Positions 36,022-44,909 of a stretch of 64,000 nucleotides of DNA are shown piece by piece (the stretch's first letter is position 1; the number at the start of each line of letters is the position of its first letter). This DNA comes from Atopobiaceae bacterium. GTDB taxonomy: Bacteria; Actinomycetota; Coriobacteriia; Coriobacteriales; Atopobiaceae. Made by a program: the position numbers and the translations under genes. The stretch is from assembly GCA_040268355.1 (NCBI GenBank), contig JAWRIT010000020.1:470-64469 (forward strand), in the 5' to 3' direction. The notes beneath the pieces are model-generated. The model was not told where the DNA came from. It saw only the letters and a program-made list of their open reading frames with translations, and made no database searches.

Positions 36022-38988
36022 ATGCCAAGTAAAGAATTCTTTCCGCCACGGCCGGATGCGCAGCCGATTATCTACGCCTTCTGCGAACCCAATAATCGCG
36101 ATGTCAAGGGCATGCTCAAGGTCGGCTATACGGCCCGCACTTTAGAGGAGCGCATGCACGAGCACTATCCGACGTTAAAGCCTGGGCCAGTGCCCTACGA
36201 GGTCGTGTTCGTCGCCCCTGCCATGCGCACCGACGGCACGACGTTCATGGACCACGAGATCCACGAGAACCTTGCGCTGAACGGATTCAAGAAGCAGCGT
36301 GATCACGACGGCAAGAAGACCGAGTGGTTCCGCTGCACGCTCGATGACGTGAAGGCTGCATACATCGCCGTTCGTGACCGGGCCGAAAACGTCGAGCGAC
36401 GCACCCGCGACTTCAAGATGCGACCCGAGCAGGAGACCGCCGTACACAAGACTGAGGCATACTTCCACTCCGTCGAGAACGAGGGCGGCGCTCTCACGCC
36501 GAAGTTCCTGTGGAACGCCAAGATGCGGTTCGGCAAGACGTTCGCCACCTACGAGCTTGCCAAGCGCATGGGCTTCAAGCGAGTGCTGATCCTGACCTTC
36601 AAGCTCGCCGTGCTGGCGGCGTGGGAGGAAGACCTGAACACGCACGTTGACTTCGAGGGCTGGCAGTTCGTGAGCCGGCCGAAGGACCCGACCAGGCCCG
36701 ACATCGCCCAGCAGTACGCCAAGGCCGACAAGAGCAGGCCGATCGTATGCTTCGGCAGCTTCCAGGACTTCCTTGGGCGTGAGGCTCGTACGGGACGCAT
36801 CAAGGCCCACCACGAGTGGGTGCGCGAGGAGGACTGGGACCTCGTCGTGTTCGACGAGTACCACTTCGGCGCGTGGAACGACAACTCCAAGAAGCTTTTC
36901 GAGCAGGAGGAAGAGGACGAGCGCGACACCACCGAGGTCACCGACACGCGGCTCGGCAAGGTGAACACCGGCAACGAGGTGAACGAGGGCGACCTGCCCA
37001 TCGTGACGCGCTACTACCTGTTCCTCTCCGGCACGCCCTTCCGGGCGCTCAACAGCGGCGAGTTCATTGAGGAGCAGATCTACAACTGGACCTACTCCGA
37101 CGAGCAGGCGGCCAAGGAGGCCTGGCCCGCCGAGCATCCCGGCAAGCCCAACCCGTACGCGTCGCTGCCGCGCATGGTGATGCTCGCCTACCAGATGCCC
37201 GACGAGATAAAGAACGTGGCGCTGGGTGGCGAGTACAACAGCTTCGACCTGAACGCCTTCTTCGAGGCGACCGGCGAGGGCGACAGCGCGGAGTTCGTGC
37301 TCAAGGACTCGGTCCAGAAGTGGCTCGACCTTATACGCGGCTCCTACAAGCCCTCTGCCGTGGACGACCTCAAGCTGGGCGCCGAGAAACCAGCTCTTCC
37401 ATACGCCGACACGCGCCTGCTGCGGGTGCTCAATCACACGCTCTGGTACCTGCCGCGCGTGAACAGCTGCTACGCGATGCGCAACCTCCTGCGCGAACCG
37501 CAGAACGTGTTCTTCCACGACTACACAATCAACGTATGTGCGGGCACCGAGGCCGGCATCGGCATGGTCGCGCTCGACAAGGTGCGCGAGACCATGGAGG
37601 ACCCGCTGCACTCCCAAACCATCACGCTGACCTGTGGCAAGCTGACCACGGGCGTGACCGTTAAGCCGTGGTGCGGGATATTCATGCTCGCCAACATGCG
37701 CAGCCCCGAAACCTACTTCCAGGCCGCCTTCCGCGTGCAGTCGCCATGGACCGTAGAAAACGACGCCAGCAAGATGGAGATCGTGAAGCAGGAATGCTAC
37801 GTTTTCGACTTCGCTCTAGACCGGTCGCTCCGTATGGTCTCCGACTACTCATGCCGCCTGAAGGTGGACGGGAATGTGGGTCCCGAGCAGAAGGTCGGCG
37901 AGTTCATCAACTTCCTTCCCGTGCTTGCCTATGACGGCAGCGCCATGCGTCCCGTGAGCGCGGCTGACATCCTCGACATCGCCATGGCTGGCACATCCGC
38001 GACGCTGCTTGCAAGGCGCTGGGAATCCGCTCTGCTTGTCAACGTGGACAACGACACGCTTCGCCGCATCCTCAACAACGAGGACGCGCTCAACGCCCTC
38101 ATGAGCATCGAGGGCTTCCGCTCGCTCAACGCCGACATCGAGACCATCATCAATCGGTCCGAGGCCATCAAGAAGGTCAAGCGTGGGAAGGAAGAGATGA
38201 CCCCCAAGGAGAAGAAGCAGATCTCCGAGGAGGAGAAGGAGCTCAAGAGCAAGCGCAAGCAGATCCAGGAGAAGCTGATCAAGTTCGCCACGCGCATACC
38301 GGTCTTCATGTACCTGACCGACTACCGCGAGGAGACCCTGAAGGACGTTATCACGCAGCTTGAGCCAGGGCTCTTCAAGAAGGTGACCGGCCTCACCGTC
38401 GCTGACTTCGAGCTGCTGGTATCTCTCGGCGTCTTCAACGACGCGTTGATGAACGATGCCGTTTACAAGTTCCGCCGCTACGAGGACTCCTCGTTGCGCT
38501 ACACCGGCATCGACCGACACGCTGGCGAGCGCGTCGGCTTGTTCGACACGTCGCTCAGCGAGTTCGAGTACATGGCCATGGCCCAAGAGGAGTCGATGGT
38601 TGCGCCGAACGGTCTTGCGAGGCCCGTCGGGCGTGCGACCGGCGCGAGCGCGAAGGTACCCACACGCAAACTGGCTGCTGCCAGCAAGCCTGCAGGCGGC
38701 GGCGACACGCGCACGGCCAAGGCCACCGTGCCCGTGGCAAAGCCCACGCCCAAGAAGGCCGAGAGCCGCAGGATCGAGCGCGGCGACGCCCGCACGGCCG
38801 CCAAGCCCTCCCAGAATGCAGCGAGGCGTGACTGGATCGTTGAGGCGCTGGAAGACGCCGGGCTCAAGTACCTGGACAAGCGCGGCAACTCTGGCTGCCT
38901 GTGGGTCATCGGCGCGAGCGAACTCTCTGGCCGCATGAAGGAGCTTGAGCTGCGCGGGGCGCGGTTCAGGTTCAGCTCGACGACCTAG
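36022..38988 (+). CDS. T5orf172/GIY-YIG nuclease domain fused to an SF2 (DExH, type III Res-like) helicase
   Basis: N-terminus: IIYAFCEP...MLKVGYTARTLEERMHEH...TEWFRCTLDDV (T5orf172-type GIY-YIG). Helicase motif I MRFGKTF, motif II VVFDEYHFG, motif III FLSGTPF. Lys/Glu-rich coiled segment near aa 700-750. Confidence 0.8.
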   Translation: MPSKEFFPPRPDAQPIIYAFCEPNNRDVKGMLKVGYTARTLEERMHEHYPTLKPGPVPYEVVFVAPAMRTDGTTFMDHEIHENLALNGFKKQRDHDGKKTEWFRCTLDDVKAAYIAVRDRAENVERRTRDFKMRPEQETAVHKTEAYFHSVENEGGALTPKFLWNAKMRFGKTFATYELAKRMGFKRVLILTFKLAVLAAWEEDLNTHVDFEGWQFVSRPKDPTRPDIAQQYAKADKSRPIVCFGSFQDFLGREARTGRIKAHHEWVREEDWDLVVFDEYHFGAWNDNSKKLFEQEEEDERDTTEVTDTRLGKVNTGNEVNEGDLPIVTRYYLFLSGTPFRALNSGEFIEEQIYNWTYSDEQAAKEAWPAEHPGKPNPYASLPRMVMLAYQMPDEIKNVALGGEYNSFDLNAFFEATGEGDSAEFVLKDSVQKWLDLIRGSYKPSAVDDLKLGAEKPALPYADTRLLRVLNHTLWYLPRVNSCYAMRNLLREPQNVFFHDYTINVCAGTEAGIGMVALDKVRETMEDPLHSQTITLTCGKLTTGVTVKPWCGIFMLANMRSPETYFQAAFRVQSPWTVENDASKMEIVKQECYVFDFALDRSLRMVSDYSCRLKVDGNVGPEQKVGEFINFLPVLAYDGSAMRPVSAADILDIAMAGTSATLLARRWESALLVNVDNDTLRRILNNEDALNALMSIEGFRSLNADIETIINRSEAIKKVKRGKEEMTPKEKKQISEEEKELKSKRKQIQEKLIKFATRIPVFMYLTDYREETLKDVITQLEPGLFKKVTGLTVADFELLVSLGVFNDALMNDAVYKFRRYEDSSLRYTGIDRHAGERVGLFDTSLSEFEYMAMAQEESMVAPNGLARPVGRATGASAKVPTRKLAAASKPAGGGDTRTAKATVPVAKPTPKKAESRRIERGDARTAAKPSQNAARRDWIVEALEDAGLKYLDKRGNSGCLWVIGASELSGRMKELELRGARFRFSSTT

Positions 38989-39002
38989 AGCCGGGTGACA
39001 CT

Positions 39003-39155
39003 GTGCTTCACAAGGCCTTCGGATACGGGCGGATCATCGACATCGATGAGTCCTACGTGGAAGTCACGTTCGACTCGGACAACAAGAAGAAGAAATCGTC
39101 TCGCAAGTTCATCTTCCCTGGGGCGTTCCACCAGGGGCTGCTGCAGATTGGGTAG
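39003..39155 (+). CDS. 50-aa ORF resembling the small beta-barrel tail found at the C-terminus of UvrD-like helicases
   Basis: Not in the ORF track (<60 aa). The frame opens at 38949 and reads LEPGDTVLHKAFGYGRIIDIDESYVEVTFDSDNKKKKSSRKFIFPGAFHQGLLQIG-stop. The only canonical start is GTG 39003. It may instead be the frameshifted tail of the helicase. Confidence 0.35.
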   Translation: MLHKAFGYGRIIDIDESYVEVTFDSDNKKKKSSRKFIFPGAFHQGLLQIG

Positions 39156-39162
39156 GTGTGTC

Positions 39163-42100
39163 TTGGGAATATTCGATAAGTTCAACAATCAGAGCTTGAG
39201 CAATCAGGATGCTTTCGAGGAACTGTGCTGCCAGCTCTTCGAGACATGGGGTGTGCATTCAAGGGGCTTTGATAGCGGTTGGGATTATCGAGACATCCGA
39301 GGTGCCGGTGGCGACGGGGGCATTGAGGCCTATTGGTATAACCAGAATGACGACCAGTACATCGGTATTCAGGCGAAGTGGTTCCCAAAGACCATCACAG
39401 ACAATCAATATGGGCAGGTAAGAGGCTCAATCAAAACGGCGGTGGAACTACGACCGACCTTGTCCACATACATCATCTGCATACCGCATAATCTTACATC
39501 CGTGCATGTTGGAAGGGGTAAGATCGTAACACCCGGAGAAGAAGCGTCATGGAAGTCGTTCGTGGACGAGATCGCTGAGGATTATCCCAAGGTCAAGTTC
39601 TTGCTCTGGGACGAGCATCACATCGAAAACCTGCTGCAAGATCCTGCGAATGAAGGTCGCCTACGGTTTTGGTTCAAAAAGTCTGCGGTTAACCCAGCTA
39701 CCGTAAAGCTTGCCTTGAACGAAGCAATCCAAAGCCTTAATGATCGTTATGTGCCTGAGATCACCGATGATGGCGGCCTTGCTACTTTTCTTGACAACTT
39801 CTTTGGCACGATTGAAAGTAGAAAGCTCACGGTCAAGGACATCGATGCCTGCCTGGATGTCTGCCACAGCCTTGAATACGTCACCGATTCTTTCATTGGC
39901 GTAGGGGACAAGATATCGGATGAGCTCAAGTCTTCGACCATCCGATGCCACGATGCCATTTGTGCGTATGCCGATGCCCTATCCCAGTGGCGCTCCGCGC
40001 TCATTGCGGAGCCGCGTGGGCTGATTAATGTTGCAAGCATGACTGTCGATTACGGTGCAATCGAAGAGTTCGAATCCGACATCCAGGACCTGAAGGACAA
40101 ATACAAGCTTACCGGACATGCGGATGAGCTGATTAAGCTGATCGATAAGTTCAGAGGGCTGCCTGGCGAATATGAGATTCGACAGGCAATGCACTATGCT
40201 TTCAGCTCCCCTCACTGTCTTGTTGTCGGCGAGCAAGGAACCGGTAAGACCTGTGGGTTCGCAAGCGAAGCTACCGGCTACCTCAACAACGGGAAGCATT
40301 TACCCATCCTTTTGAGAGCCGGCGACATCAGCGAGCATGACGGTTGGAGGCAGATAATCACGAGCGCCCTTGGCCTTACCGACTGGACGGAAGCTCAGCT
40401 ATGGCAAGCGTTGAGTGCGTCCGCTGCCATGTACGACAAGCGTGAGGATGATATTACCGTCAGGGCAAAAGTTGCGATCTTTGTTGATGGGCTGGATGAA
40501 AAGCAGCCTGCGTCACGATGGACGACACTCATCAGGCAAGGCGATGCAATCGCAAAGGAATACCCGAGAATGAGATTCGCTTATTCCACGCGTCCTCACG
40601 GTGTTGAACGTGACGGTGCCGATGATTTGTGGGACTGCTGGTACCGTATCGATAAAAACGGTGATGTTCCTGCATGGAAGCTTTTCGACCGTTATATTGA
40701 GCACTACTCAATAGATCTGGATGGCAATACCCGTTATAAGTGGCTGCTCAAAACGCCCATGGAGTTGCACATGTTCTGCACCGCTTATGGCGGAAGACCA
40801 ATCGACAGGGAGGTTTCAACCTGCCTGACCTCTCTCGTTAGGGCCGAGGTCAAGAGGCTTGATGAAGAGTATGCCGCACGTAACGCGAAATCGAATGGTA
40901 TCCACGAAACACCAGTCTGGTCCACGCTCGCCGCACTTGCGAACTCGTTCCTGCTGGATGATAGCCCTCGGGATCGCGCAATAATTGGCGGTTTGATAGG
41001 GGTGACTGGGATTCAACGTGAAGATATTGGCTTGATGCTCGACTTTCTCGAAATGTACGGGATTCTTACTACCGTACGAAATCTTGGTCCTACGAGTGTG
41101 TCTCCTCCCGTATTCACATATCAGCCCGGTTCACGTCATTTGTGGGACTACTTCATGGCTGTAATGCTCATGAATACCGATGACGGAATGGCCGCCGAAC
41201 TCCTCTCCAAACATAAAGACACTGCTCGCATGTACGCGATATTGCTGGTTGAAAAATGCGGCACCCTGCCCCTTGAGAGCAATGCTCTCGTCAACGCCCT
41301 TGGAACCGGCGGAGCTCGCCGGGTGACCATAGATGCTCTGGCAAGCGCGGAGAAGGGTGCTGCCGGCAAATTCAGGCAGTGGGCGCTTGGCGAGATGGCA
41401 AAGGGCAGAGAATCACTCTCTGAGATCGTCAATGGCATAGTCGTTCAAGTAGCGTGCGAGCAGGATCACCCTCTTGGGCCTCTGATGTTCGATGAGTACA
41501 TGAGAACATTCCCAACGCCAATCGAACGAGATCGGGTATGGGCGACACCAAGGGAGATGTCAAACGGCTACGGACTGTCGATGTACTACGAGCGAGATGC
41601 CGTGCGACACTTGCCTCGGCTACACGAGAACGATCACTGGAATCAAATGCCGCTCTTATTGGCCTGGTGCCTGATTGCAGTCAGCAACCTGCAACGGCGT
41701 CACTGCAGAAACGAGCTAGTGCAGTGGGCAATGACCAATCCCGACGAGTATGCCGAGCTGTTTGCACGGTTTGTCAATTGCGATGACCCTCAAGTCCGTG
41801 AAGACATGTTTGCCATCGCAGAGGAGGTAGTCTGTCAAGGAGAGGCAGACTTGAGCGTCAAGAAACGTTTTGCTGACATCGTTCTCGAGGCCTTATTCAA
41901 GAATCCTGACAAACCAGGAAACAGGGACGCCTCGCTGCGCCATTACGGAAGGATGCTTGTCGAGCATTGTGGCGAGAAAGGACTTGTCGGCCAGAAAGAC
42001 ATCGAACTGTGCAGGCCGCCTTACGCAGTTGAAGACAGATCGATTGCACTGCCCATTTACGCCGCCGCTGCCGAATCGGAACGAATGGGCGGTTACGAGA

Positions 42101-43557
42101 CCATCCACTACGACCTGGCCCGCTATGTGCTCGTAGACAAGCTTGAAAGCGCGTTCGGTATTTCTCGTTTCCATGGCAACGGCGACCACGACTTCGACGA
42201 TGCGCTGCAAATCGTCAAAAGGTCTGCTGATGCAGCGGGCATCGACGTGCCGAAGTTTGAGGGATGGGTTATTTCCGCCGCTTACCAGTACCTCGTTGAC
42301 CATGGTTACGATACAGACGCTTTCGTCGGCCCCCTCGATGACGAAGGCTATCGCCATGGAGGCATCGACTATAAGATATCTGGTGCATTCGGAAGCGCCG
42401 ACCATGGTTCAAGAAGCACGGTCATGACAGTCGCTGAGAAGTACGCCTGGTGCGCAAGGGCTGAAATCTGCGGTTTCATGGCAGACAGGGTGCCAATGTA
42501 TAGGAGCGCCTGGCAGAACGGTAATACCAACGAATCCTATGAGCTTGTCCACGACTACTCAGACCTGCTCAGTTATCAAAGCCCCCTTTTCGAGGCAACT
42601 GTGAACAGACTGACGGTGGAACGGGAGGGCATCACACCGGTTTTCCCACCCGCTTTCACGTGCGAGGACGGCGATCAGTTATGTTCGGAGCAAGAGCTCA
42701 ATGATTGGATCGGGGCGGGTGACGCCGAGTCCCTTGTTTCGCTCATCGAGCATGTGCCCGACGTTGATTTCTCGATTGATGGATCCACCGTTCCCGTTGC
42801 GCTATATGCAAGCGACTGGGGGATTTGCGGCAAGCAGGCCCGCGCTTGGATCTACGCTGGAGCCATGGCTTCCAGCGAACTTTCCAAGCTTTCGGAATTC
42901 GGGACGGTGGCAATAGCAGGCTACGACCATGCCTCCGCATTTGCTACGGGCATTGCTTGCGAAGCAACCTATATCTCGCCAGTCGAATACTTGTCAGCTC
43001 CTTGGCTTACCGAATACGACGAGGACCACGAGAGGGCTAAGATAGCCGATGTCCATGTCGAGGCATCACCTCTATCAGGAAGCGGTGTTGACAGCCTTAC
43101 TGACATTGGAGATTGCTGGTATCGATTCCCCTCAAAGCTTGCGATGGACCTGTGTGGAGTAACGCGCACCGACGGCGTACGCTACTTCGATACGAATGGC
43201 ATGGTCGCGTTTGAGGATATTGAGTATGGTGAGCCTTACAGGAAACATTACCAGGCTTTGCTTGCAAGCAGAGACAGACTTTATGGAGCCCTTGACGAGA
43301 GAGACTTGCATCCCGTTTGGTATGTCACTCTCCAAAGAGATGGCAACAGGCTTGCTGATGAACGGTTGCGTCAGGTCGATGCGCGCACCGAAACTTCTTG
43401 GCTGATTTGGATAGGGGCAGACGACAAGTACTGTTCGTGTCTCATGTCGGATGAGTATCCCGTGCCAGAACGGACTTATGAACCATCAGGGCTAATTGCA
43501 GAATTCCTTGAAAAGTATGCCGCTCATGATGACGAGGGCGAGGAAACAAGCGACTAG
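39163..43557 (+). CDS. Mrr-like PD-(D/E)xK nuclease - NACHT/STAND NTPase - large uncharacterised C-terminal domain
   Basis: Preferred start is TTG 39163 (GGGTAGGTG upstream; alternative TTG 39148). Nuclease core GAGGDGGIEAYW...IGIQAKW (39301-39381). Walker A VVGEQGTGKT (~40228-40251). Walker B AIFVDGLDE (~40474-40500). About 950 further aa have no repeat periodicity I can see. Confidence 0.8.
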   Translation: MGIFDKFNNQSLSNQDAFEELCCQLFETWGVHSRGFDSGWDYRDIRGAGGDGGIEAYWYNQNDDQYIGIQAKWFPKTITDNQYGQVRGSIKTAVELRPTLSTYIICIPHNLTSVHVGRGKIVTPGEEASWKSFVDEIAEDYPKVKFLLWDEHHIENLLQDPANEGRLRFWFKKSAVNPATVKLALNEAIQSLNDRYVPEITDDGGLATFLDNFFGTIESRKLTVKDIDACLDVCHSLEYVTDSFIGVGDKISDELKSSTIRCHDAICAYADALSQWRSALIAEPRGLINVASMTVDYGAIEEFESDIQDLKDKYKLTGHADELIKLIDKFRGLPGEYEIRQAMHYAFSSPHCLVVGEQGTGKTCGFASEATGYLNNGKHLPILLRAGDISEHDGWRQIITSALGLTDWTEAQLWQALSASAAMYDKREDDITVRAKVAIFVDGLDEKQPASRWTTLIRQGDAIAKEYPRMRFAYSTRPHGVERDGADDLWDCWYRIDKNGDVPAWKLFDRYIEHYSIDLDGNTRYKWLLKTPMELHMFCTAYGGRPIDREVSTCLTSLVRAEVKRLDEEYAARNAKSNGIHETPVWSTLAALANSFLLDDSPRDRAIIGGLIGVTGIQREDIGLMLDFLEMYGILTTVRNLGPTSVSPPVFTYQPGSRHLWDYFMAVMLMNTDDGMAAELLSKHKDTARMYAILLVEKCGTLPLESNALVNALGTGGARRVTIDALASAEKGAAGKFRQWALGEMAKGRESLSEIVNGIVVQVACEQDHPLGPLMFDEYMRTFPTPIERDRVWATPREMSNGYGLSMYYERDAVRHLPRLHENDHWNQMPLLLAWCLIAVSNLQRRHCRNELVQWAMTNPDEYAELFARFVNCDDPQVREDMFAIAEEVVCQGEADLSVKKRFADIVLEALFKNPDKPGNRDASLRHYGRMLVEHCGEKGLVGQKDIELCRPPYAVEDRSIALPIYAAAAESERMGGYETIHYDLARYVLVDKLESAFGISRFHGNGDHDFDDALQIVKRSADAAGIDVPKFEGWVISAAYQYLVDHGYDTDAFVGPLDDEGYRHGGIDYKISGAFGSADHGSRSTVMTVAEKYAWCARAEICGFMADRVPMYRSAWQNGNTNESYELVHDYSDLLSYQSPLFEATVNRLTVEREGITPVFPPAFTCEDGDQLCSEQELNDWIGAGDAESLVSLIEHVPDVDFSIDGSTVPVALYASDWGICGKQARAWIYAGAMASSELSKLSEFGTVAIAGYDHASAFATGIACEATYISPVEYLSAPWLTEYDEDHERAKIADVHVEASPLSGSGVDSLTDIGDCWYRFPSKLAMDLCGVTRTDGVRYFDTNGMVAFEDIEYGEPYRKHYQALLASRDRLYGALDERDLHPVWYVTLQRDGNRLADERLRQVDARTETSWLIWIGADDKYCSCLMSDEYPVPERTYEPSGLIAEFLEKYAAHDDEGEETSD

Positions 43558-43586
43558 CACATACTCCGTTCCCTCGCACCTTGTGA

Positions 43587-43620
43587 CAGCCCCTTAACCT
43601 CATCGCAGGTTAAGGGGCTG
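43587..43620 (+). terminator. intrinsic terminator: 13-bp perfect stem CAGCCCCTTAACC / GGTTAAGGGGCTG, 8-nt loop, then CCGCTTTCTCT
   Basis: Read directly, 30 nt after the stop of the NACHT gene. Confidence 0.7.
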
Positions 43621-43668
43621 CCGCTTTCTCTGGCCGCCCAAAGTCTTAAACGGAAGGCAGGACAGAGC

Positions 43669-44202
43669 ATGGACGGTGAGCAGAATGGCACGCAAGAGGG
43701 CACGCAGAACGCGCAGGAGCAAGGGCAGCAGCAGCTCCAGCAGACGGCGTCAGTACAGGTAGACAACGGGGGCAACGAATCTGGAAACGCACCCGCCCCC
43801 GACTACGAACGACAGATCGCCGAGCGCGACGAGAAGATCGCATCCCTTGAGGCGCGGATCGCCGAGGCTGCCAAGAGCGCCGAGCAGGCGGAGAAACTCT
43901 CCGCCGAGATCGCCGAGCTTAAACAGGCAAGCGCAGACGAGCGTATCGACTTCTTCCTGCAGCTCGCGGGGTGCCGCAACGTGAAGGCTGCCCGTGCCGT
44001 CCTGGACGACTACGACGGCGGCATCGACAAGATGAGGGAGGCCGAGCCCTGGCTCTTCGCCAAACACATGGGCGGCGACAACTCCGGCGGCCAGACCGGA
44101 AAGACAGGGCTTCCCAACGCGGGCGCGGCATCCAACGAGGGCAAGACGATGGCCCACCGGCGCGAGATCGCCGGGCTCGCCGACGACAAGGACAAGGAAT
44201 AG
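43669..44202 (+). CDS. phage scaffolding protein
   Basis: Gln-rich N-terminus, a long coiled coil (ERDEKIASLEARIAEAAKSAEQAEKLSAEIAELK) and ...REAEPWLFAK, directly upstream of a capsid gene. Confidence 0.7.
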   Translation: MDGEQNGTQEGTQNAQEQGQQQLQQTASVQVDNGGNESGNAPAPDYERQIAERDEKIASLEARIAEAAKSAEQAEKLSAEIAELKQASADERIDFFLQLAGCRNVKAARAVLDDYDGGIDKMREAEPWLFAKHMGGDNSGGQTGKTGLPNAGAASNEGKTMAHRREIAGLADDKDKE

Positions 44203-44235
44203 GCCGGCACGCCCGGTAGGAAGTGAGGAACCACC

Positions 44236-44900
44236 ATGCCTAACAGCATCGCATTCGTGAAGAACTACACCAGCCTGATCGACGAGGTCTACCAGCGCGC
44301 GGCCGTATCGACCGTGCTCAACTCCGGGCGCCGCATGGTGCGTGCCGGCCACAACGCCAAGGAGATCATGATTCCGAAGATCAGCGTCACCGGCCTTGGC
44401 GACTACACCCGAAACGTCGGCTACAAGACCGGCACCATCACCTACGAGTTCGAAACCAAGACGTTCAACTACGACCGCGGCATCCGCCTGCTCGCCGACG
44501 TCATGGACGTGGAGGAGGCCGGCGTCCTGGATTGCTTCGTTGGAGGTGGGCGCCGAGCTGCAGCGCACGCAGGTGGCGCCCGAGGCCGACGCCTTCACCT
44601 TCAGCCAGATCGCCTCCCACGACGGCGTGGCCATGACGAGCGAGGACCTGTCTGCCGCCTCCGCGACCGACATCCTGGCGTCGCTGCGCGAGGTCACGAG
44701 CGACATGGACGAGAAGCAGGTCTCCACGGGGTCGCGCATCCTGTTCATCACACTGACGCTCAAGGGCGTGCTGGACGACTTCTCCTACGCGAGCCCGACG
44801 CGCTCCAACCGCATGCTCGAACGCTTCAGCCGCGTGGTGGAGGCGCCGCAGGTGCGCTTCTGCGCGGCGATCGACCTGCTTTCCGGCGGCGATCTCACAG
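44236..44900 (+). pseudogene. phage major capsid protein, frameshifted and 3'-truncated
   Basis: IAFVKNYTSLIDEVYQRAAVSTVLN...VTGLGDYTRNVGYKTGTITYEFETKTFNYDRGIRLLADVMDVEEAG, then a frame change near 44540 to EVGAELQRTQVAPEADAFTFSQIA... The normal C-terminus is lost near 44900. Confidence 0.65.
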
Positions 44901-44909
44901 CGATTCGAG

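Noticed and set aside
36175-37617. 480-aa ORF on the minus strand inside the helicase gene
   Set aside because: A shadow frame of a gene with unambiguous helicase motifs. Leu/Val/Gly/Arg-rich with no motifs and no SD.
38995-39162. GTG 38995 as the start of the NACHT gene (ORF-track coordinates)
   Set aside because: The first 56 codons are Arg/Ser/Thr-rich and overlap a better-looking reading frame (the beta-barrel mini-ORF). A TTG with an SD-like GGGTAGGTG at 39163 yields a natural N-terminus, MGIFDKFNNQS. This remains unverified.
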